Shown: piece after piece, positions 59,536-64,000 of the stretch
How the letters are laid out: the number at the start of each line of letters is the position of its first letter
Position numbering within the stretch: position 1 is the first letter of the stretch
Source of the DNA: Lytechinus pictus
Lineage: Eukaryota
DNA length: 64,000 bases
Direction of reading: 5' to 3'
Assembly (NCBI RefSeq): GCF_037042905.1
Contig: NC_087251.1
Location: 9,364,001 to 9,428,000, forward strand
The notes under the pieces: model-generated
What the model was told of the DNA's origin: nothing
Databases searched by the model: none
The model's input: only the letters and a program-made list of their open reading frames with translations
Made by a program: the position numbers and the translations under genes

Positions 59536-61571
59536 AAAATTTTGTATTATCTTATCTGCTAGCTGCTTAGTTGTGACAGTGATGCCAGTGCAGCGCCAGG
59601 GTTATACATTACATTTACAATACGCATTATGTTATCATGTGACTTTATTGCAATATAGTCTTATAGAGATTTCAGAGTACTATCTACCTAACGTTATGCT
59701 ATATTTTTATTTTCTTGATTGCGTGATTTCATTGCAATCTAACTGTGTCATGTTACCCATCGTATTTTTTAATGCCATATCATATGGCATAACTTGCAAA
59801 TTCGTATTGACTAATGCAAATAATTGATATACCGTGTAAGATTTAAAAAAAAATCAGTTGCAAGCATGTTACCAGGGTTGTTCTGATTGTACTATCATAT
59901 TTATTTTCTTGATTATTTCATAGCACACTACATAGAGCACTTTCAAATCCAATATTTTTTCCTTCATTTTTATTTCATTGTGGTACATTGTGGTACATAC
60001 AACATTGTCAGGTCAATATGTAAATTTTAATATTGCAATATTTACTAAAATTCTTGTTTGCATTTTGAATTCTTTCAATAAATAGCTGTAAACCAAATAG
60101 ATATACAGTACAGTACATGTTTATGCAGTTAGGCTGGCATGTTAGAGTATGCTGTGCCATATGAAAAAAAAGTGATATTGGAAAGGAGTCATATGCATAG
60201 CTAAACCAGTAAATGGGAGATTTCAGGTTACAGATGAAAGAGAGATGAAGGGGGATGTAAAATGAGCAAGCAATATGAAAGTGTAAGTGTTTTGATGGCA
60301 AAATTATGACTGCACTTGATTGAGAGTGAGAGTTTATAAATAATTTGGAGAAACATATGCGTACTTATATACTCAAACTTCAAAGTGATATAAATAGAAT
60401 AGAGACAAACTGATTTCATCAAAAAAAAATATTCAAAATAGATTCACTCAAATTCAGAAAATTTTACATTTATCAATATGAACTGGATATAAGACTAGAT
60501 TAAAAAAAAAACCTATAGCAAAAGAGTGCATGTGACAGATGAGGGGTAGGAAGGAGGGAGATAAAGAGAAAAAAATACCATAACCAAGTATTGAGTTACT
60601 ATACATGCTTGGAAAAAGGGGGGGGGGGTTGGTTATGTATTACATCCCTGACAAACTATGAATCGCATACCTATTATAATTATATGTACACATCAAATAC
60701 TAAAGTATTTAGGAACGAATCATATAAAACACTAAAAGAAACTAAAACAATAAGTATTATTAGGCTGCATGGTTACACAAATAAGATAGGATGATTTTTT
60801 TTTCATAGATATGAAACTTATTTCAAAATTGTTTACAAGTCAGGTCTAGTTTCGAATTCTTTCCCTTCTAGACAATCTTTCAAGTAAAGCATGTAGTACA
60901 CAGATGTGATAATTGTAATACAGGGATTGTAAATATAGATAGGTAATGCAGGAATTACAAAGAACGAGAGCCACTTGTGAACATAAAGAGTAATCAGGCG
61001 CTATGTATACATGTAACACAGAAAACCATTTTTTTTTAAATCAATACTTTGTTGTTAGTGAAATTAGGACATAATCCACTCATTTTGGGGGGTCAATGGA
61101 ACAAAACCCAGGAAGAGATAAAAGAGTCTCAGTCAGGGGATTAGAGGAGACAACTTTCTTTCCTATCAAAAATTTATGGTCAGGTATAAACAAAAAAGAG
61201 AGAAAAAAGCTGAGAAAAAAATCAATAAAACCACCATTTCATTACTACATGCATGTAGTGTACAGTACAGGACTGTATATGCTAGGATTGCACATAGACA
61301 CAACACACTAAAAACAGCGCACGCAAACAAGCTGGGGACTACACATGAACATTGCGAATTTACAGAAGTAAAGAGCTTAGAAAATCATCAGAAAATATGG
61401 GCATCAATGGAGAGATTATGAAATTCCCAACAACTTTCATGTACAACATTTTTTCATATAACCTACGAATGAAAAGTGAGTGTCTCAAATATAGTCAATA
61501 TTAGAAAATCACTCTCTTGAGCATTACCCAAAATAAACTTGGCAAAGGGGGGATTAGTGGCTGGCACTTAA

Positions 61572-61933
61572 AGGTCAAGTCCACCCCAGAAAAATGTTGA
61601 TTTGAATAAATAGAGAAAAATCAAACTAGCATAACGCTGAAAATTTCATCAAAATCGGATGTGAAATAAGAAAGTTATGACATTTTAAAGTTTCACTTAT
61701 TTTTCACAAAACAGTGATATGCACAACTCAGTGACATACAAATGAGACGGTCAATGATGTCCATCACTCACTATTTCTTTTGTTTTTTATTGTTTGAATT
61801 ATACAATATTTCATTTTTTACAGATTTGACAATAGGGACCAACTCGACTGAATCATATAGTTTTTAGCAATGCTAGTTCCAACTGTTCATGGAGGAATTA
61901 GCGTTGTTTCACTTGACAATGAGGAGAAAATTA
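61572..61933. mobile_element. Left part of a Kolobok-like MITE (same family as 3787-4384)
   Basis: TTAA|AGGTCAAGTCCACCCCAGAAAAATGTTGATTTGAAT...; truncated where the next element begins. Confidence 0.8.
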
Positions 61934-61943
61934 TGTAATAGAA

Positions 61944-62357
61944 TAGTTATACTAGTTATACTAGTACTAGTACTAGTTATAATCGCGATATATCGATTCA
62001 AGACATTAAGTTAATACGATAATGACGTCATTCAAGATGGCAACTTGCAAGAAAAACCGTCAGGTCAGGTGAAAATGTCTTAGATGACAGATTTCTCAAT
62101 CATCCAGAGGATTTTTTTCAATAACTCCGGCCCAAGGTATGCAATTACTTAAGTTATTTATATTTCCCTGATAATGGAAACCATGAAACTTTCAATTTTG
62201 CTTTAAAAAAAGTTTTAAATCGCGATCTATAAAACGCTAGTTCACTATACGTTGGCTGTAGGTACGGGGCCCCATCCCCTTCAGTCTATGTATGGTGAGT
62301 GGAGCCAACGTAGTTCAGCGGAACAACCAAAATACAGAGACTGAAGCTTTTGGTCTA
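61944..62357 (+). mobile_element. Near-identical copy of the right ~410 bp (1633-2041) of the TAGACC..GGTCTA element
   Basis: Direct match from TACTAGTTATAATCGCGATATATCG through GAAGCTTTTGGTCTA with few differences. Confidence 0.92.
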
Positions 62358-63215
62358 GTTTGTGCCCAACTCCGCATTAGAATTCATGAATGGAAAATTA
62401 TGTCATCAATCGCACATGCACAATGTACTTCTTTATCTCGGAGACGTATAGTCTTTGCTGGTCGACATTACCAATATTTTCAGTATTGCCATAGAATGTT
62501 ATCAAATTGTAATAATTTACATCCAATAATAATTCATATAAATTTAGAGCTCAATTTGAGACATTCGTATTTATTTCAATCGAGTCAGTGCTCTGCAATT
62601 ATTCTGTGTCTAAAAATGGATTATCAAAAATATCATTATCAGGATTAATTCTCGAACATCGTCATAACTCATATTCCACAAACCTTTCTCAACTTTTTAC
62701 TTTTTCGATGCATCAAAATTTGAAGGCGGGAATTAATATCAAGTCAATTATTTTGCTCCGTCATGACCGCGCTGAAATGCACTGAGGGCCGGGGTAAGCT
62801 TTGCAAAAGTAGCTGGATGCAGAGCAATAAAGATCGTTTGTATTTTCCATGATCACAAAACAACAAAAAAAAGTACCCAAGCAGAATTCTTCCCAAAATA
62901 TCTAAAACAATGATATTTGCAGATGAAATATACGCCGTTAATAAAATAATATGGAAGACAGAATCACGCTGAGTCGATCTAAACAATTCTCGGTTAATTC
63001 ACAGTCACAGTCCAGACTCGCACACAGACAATGTACAGCCCCTCACTCTCCCAAAACGACAGGTGTGCTTGACGCCCAACAAGTGCTATACTAGCAGAGA
63101 CCAACTTGCCTGAGATATAGTTGGATCCAAAATGAGCTCCAAATTGATGGGAATAACTATCATACATAATTTTTTCAGGATGGTCATTTGAATTGGTATT
63201 CTATGCTGATATAAG

Positions 63216-63303
63216 GGCGGCAGTAATGCGCCCATGGGTGTGAATTGAGCTGCGATTTTCACGCATGCACAGTTTGCGCACCCATGGGTGCATTACTGCC
63301 GCC
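63216..63303. repeat. Small inverted repeat/MITE
   Basis: GGCGGCAGTAATGCGCCCATGGGTG ... CACCCATGGGTGCATTACTGCCGCC. Confidence 0.75.
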
Positions 63304-64000
63304 GTGCACAGGATAACCACTGGCACGGCACATGCACCACTTTCAGGGGAATTTTTTTTTAATTAGTAATAGACAAGAGATTTTAAATCAGATAAGCTTT
63401 TGATATGAAACTTACAATAATATATGAAGCCATTTTCTTGCCTGCTTGCCCGGGGCATGTGAAATTGACGTGCGGGCAAGCATTTTTCAAAGTCAATTGC
63501 CCAATCGGGCAAGTGGTTGTTTTGAAAATGAAAAAGATAAATTGACAGTAAAGTTTAATAATTTTTTGATAAATTGTAATTATCGGCCAATTATCTCTCA
63601 TACAATGTCATACCAGTCAAAAAACAGTGGAAACATGTCAAATCAGCGCCAATTTACCGACAATTTATCGCCAGCGGTCCCGTTCGTGGGGGGCTGCCAT
63701 CTTACTTTCTAAACTACACTGTGCGCATGCGCTACTAACCGACGAAGGAGCTAGCTGGGGAAACCCCTCTCTCGCCCTCTGAGCGCATGCTCTAATACAT
63801 CGGCGCTACTTGTACAGTGCATGTACGGACGTACACGAGCGATCGCGAGCCAGTCGACTCTCGAGCTAGATCGCGCTGAATGCATGCAAGCTTCGGACTG
63901 ACTCGGCCAGGACCAGGGTGACCAGACCTCTCGTATTTTATTCATTTCTAAAAAGTTTTTTTTTTTTTTGAAAAATATATTTTAAAAAAACACCAAATAT

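Noticed and set aside
63660..63710. AAGATGGCAGCC as the GPATCH11 start
   Set aside because: The frame stops after 11 codons and lacks the expected acidic DYMS-type N-terminus.

Overview
AT-rich, intron-containing animal genomic DNA. The tRNA-headed SINEs, G-tract CAGGGG..CCCCTG MITEs and TTAA-AGG MITEs look like a sea urchin or other echinoderm (inference). Three host genes can be rebuilt from splice sites and reading frames: (1) a type II membrane carbohydrate sulfotransferase (Sulfotransfer_2, CHST8-14-like; + strand, 6616-8296) whose two expected catalytic residues are substituted; (2) COX20 (+ strand, 4 exons, 24298-34186); (3) GPATCH11/CCDC75 (- strand, 6 exons found, 50695-58632; first coding exon not found). 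The rest is mostly transposon-derived: a 5'-truncated RT+RNase H LINE with an open 842-aa ORF, L2/CR1/RTE fragments, SINEs, a decayed hAT transposase and many non-autonomous DNA elements with recognisable TIRs/TSDs. The most unusual structure lies in COX20 intron 1: a DNA-element family with non-identical CAC..GTG ends, 9-bp TSDs and a covarying subterminal hairpin has inserted twice into one SINE. There is also a ~9 kb inverted/tandem duplicated block and a minisatellite-armed foldback element. No prokaryotic-type system or CRISPR array is present. All alignments were done by eye, and family names come from terminal/TSD rules, not database searches.
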